The notes beneath the pieces were generated by a model. It worked only from the letters and a program-made list of their open reading frames with translations, was not told where the DNA came from and searched no databases. The translations under genes and the position numbers were made by a program. A stretch of DNA of 64,000 nt from Candidatus Dormiibacterota bacterium (GTDB lineage: Bacteria > Chloroflexota > Dormibacteria > Aeolococcales > Aeolococcaceae), in NCBI GenBank assembly GCA_963718525.1, contig OY970355.1, forward strand, positions 1,440,001-1,504,000, read 5' to 3'. Below, piece by piece: positions 9,317 to 18,013 of this stretch; the stretch's first letter is position 1; every line of letters starts with the position of its first letter.

Positions 9317-10012
9317 GGGCGGTCCGAAACGGTATCCCTGACGTCCCACGGTCACCACGATCTCGGGGTGCGGCGGGTCCTTCTCGAGCTTGACTCGGAG
9401 GCGCTGCGCGAACGTCCGGAGGTAGTTCCGCTCGTCCGCGTACTGCGGCCCCCAGACGCGCTGGAGCAGCGTGCGATGGTCGATCGTGGCCCCCGCGTTG
9501 CGCGCCAGCTCGGCGAGCAGCAGCCACTCGGTTGGCGAGAGCCGGACCTCCACGCCGTCTCGCGTGACCGAACGTGCGCCGAGATCGACGCGAACATCGC
9601 CCTGCACAACGATGCCCCCGGCGCCGTCGGGCGGGCTGATGCGGCGCAGCACCGCTCGCACCCTGGCGAGCAGCTCGTCTGCGCCGAAGGGCTTCGCCAG
9701 GTAGTCGTCCGCCCCGAGGTCGAGGGCGCGGACCTTGTCACTCTCCTCGCCGCGAGCGCTGATCACGATGACGGCCGGTCGCTGGCGGTTCTCCATCTGT
9801 TCGAGGATCTGCCAGCCGTCGATGAAGGGCAGACCGATGTCGAGCAGAACGATGTCGCTCGTGTTGGCGTCGCGAAGCATCTGCGAGGCGGTGATGCCGT
9901 GGGTCGCGACCGACGTGACATAGCCGGCGGCGGTGAGTGCGCTCGCGAGCAGTTCGCGAAGCGCCGTGTCGTCCTCAACCACGAGGATGTGCGTGCGGCG
10001 CTCGTCCGTCAA
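9311..10012 (-). CDS. kdpE: OmpR-family response regulator KdpE
   Basis: ILVVEDD, LLDIGLP, KVRALDLGADDYLAKPF, LSPTE...LLQRVWGPQY...YLRTF..RLRVKLEKDPPHP..GYRF; TTG start at 10012 overlaps the upstream stop. Confidence 0.88.
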   Translation of the reverse strand: MTDERRTHILVVEDDTALRELLASALTAAGYVTSVATHGITASQMLRDANTSDIVLLDIGLPFIDGWQILEQMENRQRPAVIVISARGEESDKVRALDLGADDYLAKPFGADELLARVRAVLRRISPPDGAGGIVVQGDVRVDLGARSVTRDGVEVRLSPTEWLLLAELARNAGATIDHRTLLQRVWGPQYADERNYLRTFAQRLRVKLEKDPPHPEIVVTVGRQGYRFGPPR

Positions 10013-10524
10013 CAGGAACCCGGACCCGGTGGGGTGGCGCCCGGGACGACCGTGACCGTCTCGGTGAAGGTCGCGGGCGGAGCGAACGCCTGGTGGCTTG
10101 GCGACACGAGCTCGACCTCGATGGCGTGCCGGCCAGAGGACAGGTCCTGCGGGATCTGCCAGGTATCGACGGTGGGCCCTTGAACACCGTCGACGATGAC
10201 GGCGAGGTAGTACTGCGCCGACGTTGCAGGGACCAGATGCCCAGGCGACGGTACTCCGCATACCGTGAGCGTGAGTGGCGCGCCGACTGTGGACCCGGGT
10301 GCGGGCGACACGATGCGCACAGGGTACGGTGCCGACACGATCAGGGCGGGGCTGAACACCCAGCTCGCCAGCAGGGCGGCGGCGCCACCGGCGGCGGCGA
10401 CACCGCCCGCGACGCGCAACGCGCTTCTACGAACTGCGAAGACCAGCAGTCCGCCGCCGAAGATCAACAGCGCCAGGCCCCACTGCAGGGGAAGCGGAAG
10501 CCCGCTGACGATGTGTGCGATCAC
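10009..10524 (-). CDS. Membrane-anchored protein with Ig-like/beta-rich extracellular domain
   Basis: Two N-terminal TM segments, then VRIVSPAPGSTV...HAIEVELVSPSH. Confidence 0.7.
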   Translation of the reverse strand: MIAHIVSGLPLPLQWGLALLIFGGGLLVFAVRRSALRVAGGVAAAGGAAALLASWVFSPALIVSAPYPVRIVSPAPGSTVGAPLTLTVCGVPSPGHLVPATSAQYYLAVIVDGVQGPTVDTWQIPQDLSSGRHAIEVELVSPSHQAFAPPATFTETVTVVPGATPPGPGSC

Positions 10525-10536
10525 TGGTGCTCGCGG

Positions 10537-11001
10537 TCAGCGGGCGACGGTGAAGAAGATCGTCGGCGTCACGTCGCGAGGGGAGAAGGGGAAGTGGTCC
10601 TGCGCGACGAACTCGGCATACATCGAGTATTCGAGCCCCGGTTTCACGGTGATTGGCTGCGAGAGCGTGTACTGCATGTAGATCAACTGGTTGTTGAGGT
10701 ACAGGTGGACGTGGCCTTTGGTAGGGGTGATGTCACTCGTGGTCACCGTTGTCACGACTCCGCCTGTGATCGATACCCTGACGACAAGCGTGGTGCCGTG
10801 GACGACCTCACCGCTGGTGGGGGCGATCAGCGTGATTTTCACCGGTGACGACGGCCGGTGACCAAGGCCACCCGACGGGGTGGGATAAGGCGTGGCCGCC
10901 GGCGTTCCCGAGGCGGAAGGTCCGCCACCGGCAGCGGCCGAGCTGCACGCCGTGACGCACAGCACCAGCGCGGTCAGGAGGACGAGCAATGGGCGTCGCA
11001 T
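10537..11001 (-). CDS. Lipoprotein with His-containing beta-sandwich domain
   Basis: Signal peptide with VTAC lipobox, Pro/Thr linker, GHVHLYLN and EFVAQDH motifs. Confidence 0.75.
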   Translation of the reverse strand: MRRPLLVLLTALVLCVTACSSAAAGGGPSASGTPAATPYPTPSGGLGHRPSSPVKITLIAPTSGEVVHGTTLVVRVSITGGVVTTVTTSDITPTKGHVHLYLNNQLIYMQYTLSQPITVKPGLEYSMYAEFVAQDHFPFSPRDVTPTIFFTVAR

Positions 11002-11085
11002 CGTTTCAGTTCCCTGCCCACGCCATTATGAGGAGCGGTGGTGCCGCGGGCCCCTATACCGATGCCGCCGTCCTAGCCGGGCCGG

Positions 11086-11712
11086 CTAACGCAGCCGGTA
11101 GGTGGCCGGCCGCTCGTCCGTGACGGAGACCTTCGGCGCGTTACGCTCGAGGATGCGCCGTACTTGCTGAGGCGTGAACGTTGCGCCAAGGCGTTTCCGG
11201 ATCGCCGCAACTGCCAGGGGCCGGGTCGATTCCTTGAGGATCGCCAGCACCTTGTCGTCAGGTGTGCTCCGCGTGGCCGTGTGCTTGCCGTTGGACGCCA
11301 CCGCAGGCGCGCGTTTCGGCTCGGGAGCGCTCTCCGGGACATGCATCGGCTGCTCGACGGCAACTGGCACCGGTGTCGCCGCCGGATGCGGGGCTTCGCT
11401 CCGTCCCGGGAGATCGATCCGAGCAGGCCGCGAGGAGCCCTCGCCGTGCAGGCGAGCCCACATCGCGGGAAGGTCGTCGAGGACCTGGCGGACGAACGCT
11501 GCCGAACCGCTCACCTCGATCTCACGGTCGCCATCGCGCAGCCGCAGCGAGTGCGACATCGGCGCGGCCGGCACCTCCACTCGGGGCGCCGGGCGAAAGG
11601 GCGGCCGGGAATCGTTGTTGAAATTGGGTCGCGGGCCCGAGAACTGTCGGGGGCCGGAGAACGAGGGACGGTCCGAAGAGGGGCGTCCCTGATAGGGGCG
11701 GTCGTCAGGCAT
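11086..11712 (-). CDS. Hypothetical protein with C-terminal winged-HTH-like domain
   Basis: ATG 11712 with GGAG RBS; C-terminus DKVLAILKESTRPLAVAAIRKRLG...QQVRRILE...TYRL. Confidence 0.7.
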   Translation of the reverse strand: MPDDRPYQGRPSSDRPSFSGPRQFSGPRPNFNNDSRPPFRPAPRVEVPAAPMSHSLRLRDGDREIEVSGSAAFVRQVLDDLPAMWARLHGEGSSRPARIDLPGRSEAPHPAATPVPVAVEQPMHVPESAPEPKRAPAVASNGKHTATRSTPDDKVLAILKESTRPLAVAAIRKRLGATFTPQQVRRILERNAPKVSVTDERPATYRLR

Positions 11713-12358
11713 TGGTCTCCTGGTTGGCTGTGGGTTCGTCGTGGTTGTGTCCCTGGCTCCGAGCGGCCCTCGGCGCCGACTCCGCGACCACCGGGCTGCC
11801 GACAACATCGGCGTCCGGGTCGGCCTCAGCCTTCGATTCCTTGGTCAGGTCGGTGATCTGGACATGGCGATCATCGTCGGGCAGGGTGATCTGGGGGAGA
11901 TCGTCATCATCCGACGGCGCCGGTCCGAAGAGACGCTCCTGGATCTTGGCGCGCAGCGGCGACTGGATCAGCGCGAACACCCCACCGACGACCGCGGCGC
12001 CGATCAGCAGGTTGCGCACGCGGTGCGTCTTCTTCTTGGGCCGGATTGCGCTGCTCAGCTTCCCCGACGCGTCGGCAATGCGCTCCCGTGCGGCATTGCT
12101 CGCGGCCGTGACCCGGCCGTCTGCCGCAATCTGCTCGGCGGTCTCCGCCAATGTCCCGGCGGCGCTCTGCAGCACCTGGCTCAGACTTTCCGCGCCGCGC
12201 TGCACGGTGGGGAGTGCAGCGCTACCCGCACCGCGCGCGAGCGTCACCGCATGATCCGCTAGATCACCGATCGCATCGGCCGCGCGAGCGCGGTCAAGCA
12301 CGGCAGCTCTGGAACGTCGACTCCGCATGATGCAATGACCTCCGTTCTCACCTGCCAT
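11705..12358 (-). CDS. Hypothetical protein with helical N-terminus, one hydrophobic segment and acidic tail
   Basis: Overlaps the downstream gene start; LLIGAAVVGGVFALI hydrophobic stretch; start uncertain (12358 or 12328). Confidence 0.65.
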   Translation of the reverse strand: MAGENGGHCIMRSRRSRAAVLDRARAADAIGDLADHAVTLARGAGSAALPTVQRGAESLSQVLQSAAGTLAETAEQIAADGRVTAASNAARERIADASGKLSSAIRPKKKTHRVRNLLIGAAVVGGVFALIQSPLRAKIQERLFGPAPSDDDDLPQITLPDDDRHVQITDLTKESKAEADPDADVVGSPVVAESAPRAARSQGHNHDEPTANQETNA

Positions 12359-12448
12359 CTATGGCGCCAACTAATTGAAGTGGCGCGAACAGACTGATTC
12401 TACGTTGGTTGCACGGTTCAACGCTCCGTACGCGGCGGGCTGTGACGC

Positions 12449-12763
12449 TCAGGCGGCGGAGGAAAGCGCCGGGGCAATGTCGCGGAGACTGATCGGCGAG
12501 GCTTCGCGAGCAAGCGCTGTGTCCAGCGGCGCGTCGAGAAACCACCTGATGCGCGCCGCAGCGACCGGTCCGACGAGCTTGGCAAGCTCTGGCTCCGAAG
12601 CGCTGTAGATCGATCGCAGTGACGGGTAGGATCGGATCAGCTTCACGAAGGCGGCAGGCTCGAGACCGTCGACCCCGGCGAGGTGGCTCACCCGGCGCCG
12701 GGCGAGGGAACCGGCCTCATCGGCATCGAGAGGGAGCTGAAGCTCGATCGTGCGGATGGGCAT
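12449..12763 (-). CDS. Stand-alone tandem helix-hairpin-helix (UvrC/ERCC4 C-terminal-like) protein, 104 aa
   Basis: HLAGVDGLE...KLIRSYPSLRSIYSASEPELAKLVGPVAAARIRWFL matches the (HhH)2 pattern; ATG 6 nt after TACACT. Confidence 0.75.
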   Translation of the reverse strand: MPIRTIELQLPLDADEAGSLARRRVSHLAGVDGLEPAAFVKLIRSYPSLRSIYSASEPELAKLVGPVAAARIRWFLDAPLDTALAREASPISLRDIAPALSSAA

Positions 12764-12769
12764 GCGTCG

Positions 12770-12799
12770 AGTGTAACGAACGGATGTTCGACTTGTCAA
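12770..12799 (-). promoter_or_regulatory. Sigma70-type promoter TTGACA-N18-TACACT with a LexA (Cheo/SOS) box CGAACGGATGTTCG in the spacer
   Basis: TTGACA 12799-12794, TACACT 12775-12770, CGAAC-N4-GTTCG palindrome at 12777-12790. Confidence 0.85.
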
Positions 12800-12829
12800 A
12801 TCGGCTCGATCGTGAGTACCCTTGCCTCG

Positions 12830-13057
12830 ATGCCTCTATACGAATACCGCTGCAACGACTGCTCGGCCGTGTTCGAGCTGCTGCGTCCCATGGCCGATCG
12901 CGAGGTTGCCGCCGTCTGCCCGGGCTGCGAGAGCCGGGCCAGCATGCCGCTCATCAGCCGGGTGGCCGTCCACGCCGGCACGGGGTCGGACGCGTCGCCG
13001 TCGATGACCGGTGGCGGTGGCGGGTGCTGTGGCGGCAGTTGCGGCTGCGCGAACTGA
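12830..13057 (+). CDS. FmdB-family zinc-ribbon protein
   Basis: MPLYEYRCNDC...CPGC...GGGCCGGSCGC. Confidence 0.9.
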   Translation: MPLYEYRCNDCSAVFELLRPMADREVAAVCPGCESRASMPLISRVAVHAGTGSDASPSMTGGGGGCCGGSCGCAN

Positions 13058-13064
13058 CCGACGT

Positions 13065-13742
13065 TCAGCCGGCAGTGACGGCGGGGATCGCGACAGCTCG
13101 CTGAGCGAGGCTCCCCGTCAGGTCGAGCTCCGTCTGCAGGACTGAGGCGAGAAAGACCCGCCGATGGGCCGGGTGGGGCCCGTACTCGCGGATTGCGGCA
13201 CGGTGCTCGGGGGCGCCATACCCCTTGTTGCTCGCCCAGTTGTAGTGTGGAGCCTCGTCGTGCATGCGGGTCATCAGGGCGTCGCGATGCACCTTGGCGA
13301 TGATCGAGGCGGCTGAGACCGCCGGCACCTTGCGGTCACCGGCCACGAGCGAATGGAGGGGGCGGGACACCGGGATCCGGAGGTTGCCGTCGCAGCAGTA
13401 GCCGTCGGCGTCGACGGCGGCGACGAGCCGGCAGAAGATCTCCACGTTCGCCCACCCGAGCCCCCGTGTGTTGATCTCGTCCACGCTCACCTCGGCAACC
13501 GCCCAGGCCACTGCCCGCTCCCGCAGCACAGCACCGACGAGCTCACGCTGTTTGGCCGTCAGCAGCTTGCTGTCGCGGAGCAACGGGTGGCGGAAGCGCT
13601 GCGGCAGCACCACGGCGGCGGCAACCAGCGGGCCCGCATACGCACCGCGACCGACCTCGTCCATGCCGCACAGGCGGAAAGCGCGCCAATCGCTGACCGC
13701 GAAGGTGGTTCGGATGTAGTCGGGAACGCGGAACCGCGGCAT
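13065..13742 (-). CDS. rnhB: Ribonuclease HII
   Basis: GMDEVGRGAYAGPLVAAAV, LRDSKLL, GDRKVPAVSAASIIAKVHRD, NKGYG, HRRVF. Confidence 0.95.
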   Translation of the reverse strand: MPRFRVPDYIRTTFAVSDWRAFRLCGMDEVGRGAYAGPLVAAAVVLPQRFRHPLLRDSKLLTAKQRELVGAVLRERAVAWAVAEVSVDEINTRGLGWANVEIFCRLVAAVDADGYCCDGNLRIPVSRPLHSLVAGDRKVPAVSAASIIAKVHRDALMTRMHDEAPHYNWASNKGYGAPEHRAAIREYGPHPAHRRVFLASVLQTELDLTGSLAQRAVAIPAVTAG

Positions 13743-13815
13743 CGGCTGGCGCAGAGTGTAGCCCTCGGGTTTGCTACGGTGACGGGACTACGTCCACTCC
13801 TGGGAGGCAGATCGC

Positions 13816-14742
13816 TTGAACGACGTGCTCTGGACCGACGTCTCTCCACGCGATGGGCTCCAGAACATCGCCGATTCGATCAGCACCGAGGCGAAGATCG
13901 CCCTGGTCCGCGGGCTGCTCGATGCCGGCGTGCCGCGTGTCGAGGCAACGTCGTTCGTCTCCCCGAGCTGGGTGCCGCAGCTGGCGGACGCGCCCGCGGT
14001 ACTGGCCGGATTGCAGAACGAGCTCGGGCGGTTGCGCGTGTTGATCCCAAATCTTCGCGGCCTCGAGCTCGCGCTCGCGCACGGTATTCGCAACGTGCTC
14101 GTGACCATCGCCGCGACGGACTCCTTCAACCGTCGCAACGTCAATCGCACGGTGGAGGAGTCGCTCGATGAGATCTCGCACATCGTCGAGCTCGCCGGCG
14201 AACGCGCGTGCACGGTCGACGCCGCTGTCTCCGTGAGCTTCGGCTGTCCGTTCGAAGGGGTCGTTGCGCCGGCGCGGGTCGTCGAGCTCTGCGGCGAACT
14301 GGTTACCCGTGGCGTCTCGGAGGTGGGCGTTGCCGACACAATCGGCGTGGCGACCCCCGCAGACGTGACAGCGATGTGCGCGCTCGCATCCGCCGCTGTG
14401 CCGATCGATCGTCTGTCGCTGCACGTGCATGACACGCGCGGGCTCGGTGTTGCCAATGTCATCGCGGCGTTCACCGCCGGCGTTCGCCGCTTCGATGGGT
14501 CGGTGGGTGGTGTCGGTGGTTGCCCGTTCGCTCCGCGCTCGACTGGCAACGTCTGCACCGAGGACGCGTTGCAGGCGCTGCATTCTCTGGGCGCGGTGAG
14601 CGGCATCGATCTCGGTGCAATGTGTGCGGTCGCCGAGGCTCTGGCGTCCGAGTTGCGCCGCGATCTTCCCGGCAAGCTGTATCGAGCAGGCATCTGGAGC
14701 AGGGCTCCGCAGGAAGCGGTCGCAGAGACGAGCGTTGGCTGA
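13816..14742 (+). CDS. Hydroxymethylglutaryl-CoA lyase
   Basis: DVSPRDGLQN, SFVSPSWVPQLAD, ADTIG, LHVHDTRG, GGCPFAPRSTGNVCTED. Confidence 0.93.
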   Translation: MNDVLWTDVSPRDGLQNIADSISTEAKIALVRGLLDAGVPRVEATSFVSPSWVPQLADAPAVLAGLQNELGRLRVLIPNLRGLELALAHGIRNVLVTIAATDSFNRRNVNRTVEESLDEISHIVELAGERACTVDAAVSVSFGCPFEGVVAPARVVELCGELVTRGVSEVGVADTIGVATPADVTAMCALASAAVPIDRLSLHVHDTRGLGVANVIAAFTAGVRRFDGSVGGVGGCPFAPRSTGNVCTEDALQALHSLGAVSGIDLGAMCAVAEALASELRRDLPGKLYRAGIWSRAPQEAVAETSVG

Positions 14743-16261
14743 AGGCGTTTCCAAGCGGCTCGAACGCGCGCGCGCCGGGGGTCCGCAGCGCCATCGGGAG
14801 AAACTCGCCGCCCAGGCCAAACTGATGCCCCGCGACAGGATCGCGCGATTGTTCGATCCCGGCACCTGGTTCGTCGAGGACGGCCTGCTTGCCGGCACCG
14901 AGGACCCCGAGCTTGCCGCCGAAGGGGTGATCACCGGTATCGGCGTCATGCACGGTAGAACGTGCGCGGTGATGGCGAACGACCCGACGGTCAAAGCCGG
15001 GTCATGGGGCCCGCGCACCGTTGAGAAGATCATCCGCATTCAGGAGACAGCGGAACGCCTGCAGATTCCGCTCGTGTACCTGGTGGATTCCGCAGGCGCG
15101 CGCATCACCGAACAGGTGGCGATGTTTCCGGGCCGACGCCACGCCGGCCATATCTTCCAGATGCAGGTGCGGCTTTCGGGTCAGGTGCCGCAGGTGTGCG
15201 TGCTCTTCGGACCGAGCGCCGCAGGTGGCGCATACATCCCGGCGTTCTGCGACGTCGTGATCATGGTGGAGGGCAACGCGTCGATGTACCTGGGCTCGCC
15301 ACGCATGGCTGAGGTCGTGGTCGGCGAGAAGGTGACCCTCGAGGAGATGGGCGGCGCGCGCATGCACTGCACGGTGAGCGGCTGCGGTGACGTGCTCGTC
15401 GCCGACGAGGAAGCAGCCATCGTGTCCGCACGTCGCTATCTCGAGTATCTGCCCCAGTCGTGGCACGACACACCGCCGGTTGCGGCGTCACGCGATGTCG
15501 ATGAAGGATACGAGGACATCAGCGGCGTGATCCCTCCGGAAGCAGCTAAGGGGTACGACGTGATGGCATTCGTTCGGGGCATCATCGACGCCGGTTCCTT
15601 TTTTGAGATCAAGCGACTCTTCGCTCGCGAGATCGTGTGCGGCTTAGCACGCATCGATGGCCACGCTGTCGGAATCCTCGCCTCGCAGCCTCGTTTCAAG
15701 GGAGGCGTTCTCTTTGTGGATTCGGCGGACAAGGCGACACGCTTCATCACCTGCTGCGACGCGTTCAACGTTCCGCTGCTGTTTCTCGCCGATGTCCCCG
15801 GGTTCATGATCGGCACAGCCGTCGAGCGTCAGGGGATCATCCGCCATGGCGCAAAGATGATCGCGGCGATTGCGCAGGCACAGGTCCCGCGCATCTGCGT
15901 GATCCTGCGCAAGGCATACGGTGCGGGGCTGTATGCGATGAGCGGACCCGCGTTCGACCCCGATTGCACACTCGCACTGCCCACCGCGCAGATCGCGGTG
16001 ATGGGGCCGGAGGCTGCGATCAATGCCGTGTACTACAACAAGATCCAGGACACTCCGGAAGAGGATCGCGCTGCGTTCGTCAAGGACCTTCAGGATGACT
16101 ATCGAGCTGACATCGACATCTCTCGGCTGGCGTCCGAGCTGATCGTCGACGCGGTCGTGCAACCGGCGGAGCTGCGCGCGGAGTTGGTTCGCCGCTTTCA
16201 CGCATACCGGTCGAGGCGCCGTGCGGATGTCCTGCGCCACCACCCGGTTTCGCCTGTCTGA
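14735..16261 (+). CDS. Acyl-CoA carboxylase carboxyltransferase (beta) subunit, methylcrotonyl-CoA carboxylase-like
   Basis: ANDPTVKAGSWG, VDSAGARI, GPSAAGGAY, DVPGFMIG, RKAYGAG; TTG start at 14735 inferred. Confidence 0.92.
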   Translation: MAEGVSKRLERARAGGPQRHREKLAAQAKLMPRDRIARLFDPGTWFVEDGLLAGTEDPELAAEGVITGIGVMHGRTCAVMANDPTVKAGSWGPRTVEKIIRIQETAERLQIPLVYLVDSAGARITEQVAMFPGRRHAGHIFQMQVRLSGQVPQVCVLFGPSAAGGAYIPAFCDVVIMVEGNASMYLGSPRMAEVVVGEKVTLEEMGGARMHCTVSGCGDVLVADEEAAIVSARRYLEYLPQSWHDTPPVAASRDVDEGYEDISGVIPPEAAKGYDVMAFVRGIIDAGSFFEIKRLFAREIVCGLARIDGHAVGILASQPRFKGGVLFVDSADKATRFITCCDAFNVPLLFLADVPGFMIGTAVERQGIIRHGAKMIAAIAQAQVPRICVILRKAYGAGLYAMSGPAFDPDCTLALPTAQIAVMGPEAAINAVYYNKIQDTPEEDRAAFVKDLQDDYRADIDISRLASELIVDAVVQPAELRAELVRRFHAYRSRRRADVLRHHPVSPV

Positions 16262-16281
16262 GCCGAGGTCGGTAGGGAGAG

Positions 16282-16926
16282 ATGGCCAACGCAGGGCTGA
16301 ATGGTTGGCTGCAGAGCATCGGCTACCTGGCCGTCGCACTGTTCGTCGGCATCGAGAGCCTCGGGGTGCCGCTTCCGGGCGAGACGATGCTGATCACCGC
16401 CGCGGTGTTTGCGGCCACGACGCATCAGCTGTCCATCGTCGGGATCATCGCGGCGGCGATCATCGGCGCGGTGATCGGCGACAACATCGGCTTCGGCATC
16501 GGATGGTTCGGCGGCTATCCGATCCTCAGGCGCTTCGGCAGGTACGTTCGCCTCGACGAGGCCAAGCTCAAGGTCGGCCGATACATCTTCATGCGCCACG
16601 GTTCCAAGGTCGTCTTCTTTGGCCGGTTCGTCTCCGTGCTGCGAACCTACGCAGCCTTCCTTGCCGGGACCAACCGGATGCACTGGTCGCGGTTTCTCGT
16701 CGCGAACGCGGCGGGTGGCATCGTCTGGGCGACGCTGTATGGCGTTGGAGCGTATTCGGCCAGCAGTGTGATCGCGACGCTGAACACGCCAGTCGAAATC
16801 GGATTCGCGGCGCTTGCCGTCGTGGTGATCGTGGCGAGCGCCATCTTCATCCGCAGGAACATCAAACGGCTCGAGGCCGTCGCCGAGGAGGCCCTTCCCG
16901 GCCCTCTCGAGGGATTCTCCACGTAG
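16282..16926 (+). CDS. DedA family membrane protein
   Basis: ESLGVPLPGETML, GDNIGFGIG, FGRFVSVLR, AGTNRMHWSRF. Confidence 0.93.
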   Translation: MANAGLNGWLQSIGYLAVALFVGIESLGVPLPGETMLITAAVFAATTHQLSIVGIIAAAIIGAVIGDNIGFGIGWFGGYPILRRFGRYVRLDEAKLKVGRYIFMRHGSKVVFFGRFVSVLRTYAAFLAGTNRMHWSRFLVANAAGGIVWATLYGVGAYSASSVIATLNTPVEIGFAALAVVVIVASAIFIRRNIKRLEAVAEEALPGPLEGFST

Positions 16927-16951
16927 TCTGTCGGGGCCGGGCGGACGGAGT

Positions 16952-17665
16952 TCAGAACGCCGGGTTGGCCACCGACCCGCCCGTCGAACCGGGCGAGCTG
17001 GGCGCAGGAGCCGAGATCAGCTCGGCGCGCCACACGAATCGGTTGTAGTCCTGCCACCACGGGTCACAGGTGATCATCGTGAGTTCGTGTCCCGATGTCG
17101 GGGCCAGCTGGGTCACCCGGCTGGGGGCGATATCCCACTTGGCGGTGACCCTGTAGACATAGGTATGGCAGGTGCGGTTCTGGATCGTGATCGTGTCGCC
17201 GACGTTGAGCTCGTTGATGTACTGGAAATCCGGCTCACGGTGGAAGGCGATGATCACGTTCCCCTGCTGGCCGGGGTCCGGTGTTCCCGCGTAGTGGACC
17301 ATCGATCGCGAGTCCAGCAGCGCCCACGTGCCGTTGCCGGCAACTGCGGCGTAGTGATACTGCGCCGGAGCCCCGAAATCCACGAGGGCGTAATCAGTCG
17401 CAGAGCTCGTCCCACAGGTTGGCGACTTCGATGCCACCGGGGCCGGGACGACCGGGTGGGTGGTGCCACCGTTCCAGTGCTTGAGCGCCGTGGAGTCCGT
17501 CGCGCCGCGTTGGAACACGCCGATGATCGGCCCGGCGATCAGGGCGCCGCCTGCGAGGATCGCCGCGACCCCGAGCGCGAGCAAGACCATCCAGAGGCGG
17601 ACCTTCCTGCGTCCGGGACGCCGCGACTGCTCAGCGACACCGGCTGTGAGATGAGAAGCCATCAC
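16952..17665 (-). CDS. Sortase (class D/E-like)
   Basis: N-terminal TM anchor, GNVIIAFHR (His), LTMITCDP (Cys), NRFVWRA (Arg). Confidence 0.88.
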   Translation of the reverse strand: MMASHLTAGVAEQSRRPGRRKVRLWMVLLALGVAAILAGGALIAGPIIGVFQRGATDSTALKHWNGGTTHPVVPAPVASKSPTCGTSSATDYALVDFGAPAQYHYAAVAGNGTWALLDSRSMVHYAGTPDPGQQGNVIIAFHREPDFQYINELNVGDTITIQNRTCHTYVYRVTAKWDIAPSRVTQLAPTSGHELTMITCDPWWQDYNRFVWRAELISAPAPSSPGSTGGSVANPAF

Positions 17666-17743
17666 TCACAGAATAGCCAGCATCCCTCGGTCACGCGGTG
17701 ACGCGAGCGCCACGGCCCGTTTGAGCTGAAGTGGTGGTCCTGG

Positions 17744-18013
17744 CTAGCGGTTACGTGGATTCCGCGGCCGTTTGCGGCCGTAGGCGACGCCTTCCGCGAC
17801 CGGATCGAAGGCGGCCCCCGGCCCGGTGGCCGGGGTGATGCCTTCGCCCTGCACAAACACTTTGCGAGAGCCGACGTCGATCAGGTACGCGAGCGACTTC
17901 CCGCCCGACTGGTCCGGGATCATCGACACGTCAGCGACTGTCCCGGTACGGCGGCTGCCGCCGTATGGAAAGCTGACCCTCGTCCCTACCGCGATTGGGC
18001 CGCCGTCACTCAC
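17744..18013 (-). CDS. Small hypothetical protein, SH3-like beta barrel with basic tail
   Basis: GTG at 18013 overlaps the upstream stop (GTGA); IAVGTRVSF...GTVADV...YLIDV; RKRPRNPRNR tail. Confidence 0.6.
   Translation of the reverse strand: MSDGGPIAVGTRVSFPYGGSRRTGTVADVSMIPDQSGGKSLAYLIDVGSRKVFVQGEGITPATGPGAAFDPVAEGVAYGRKRPRNPRNR

Noticed and set aside
9311-10261. 316-aa ORF-track version of the response regulator, and similar extended starts at 14615, 19669, 28849, 33755, 53448 and 56082
   Set aside because: The extensions overlap neighbouring real genes and have no domain content; shorter coupled starts fit better
13816-16261. HMG-CoA lyase plus carboxyltransferase without biotin carboxylase/BCCP as a novel pathway
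   Set aside because: Partner subunits are commonly encoded elsewhere; nothing here shows novelty
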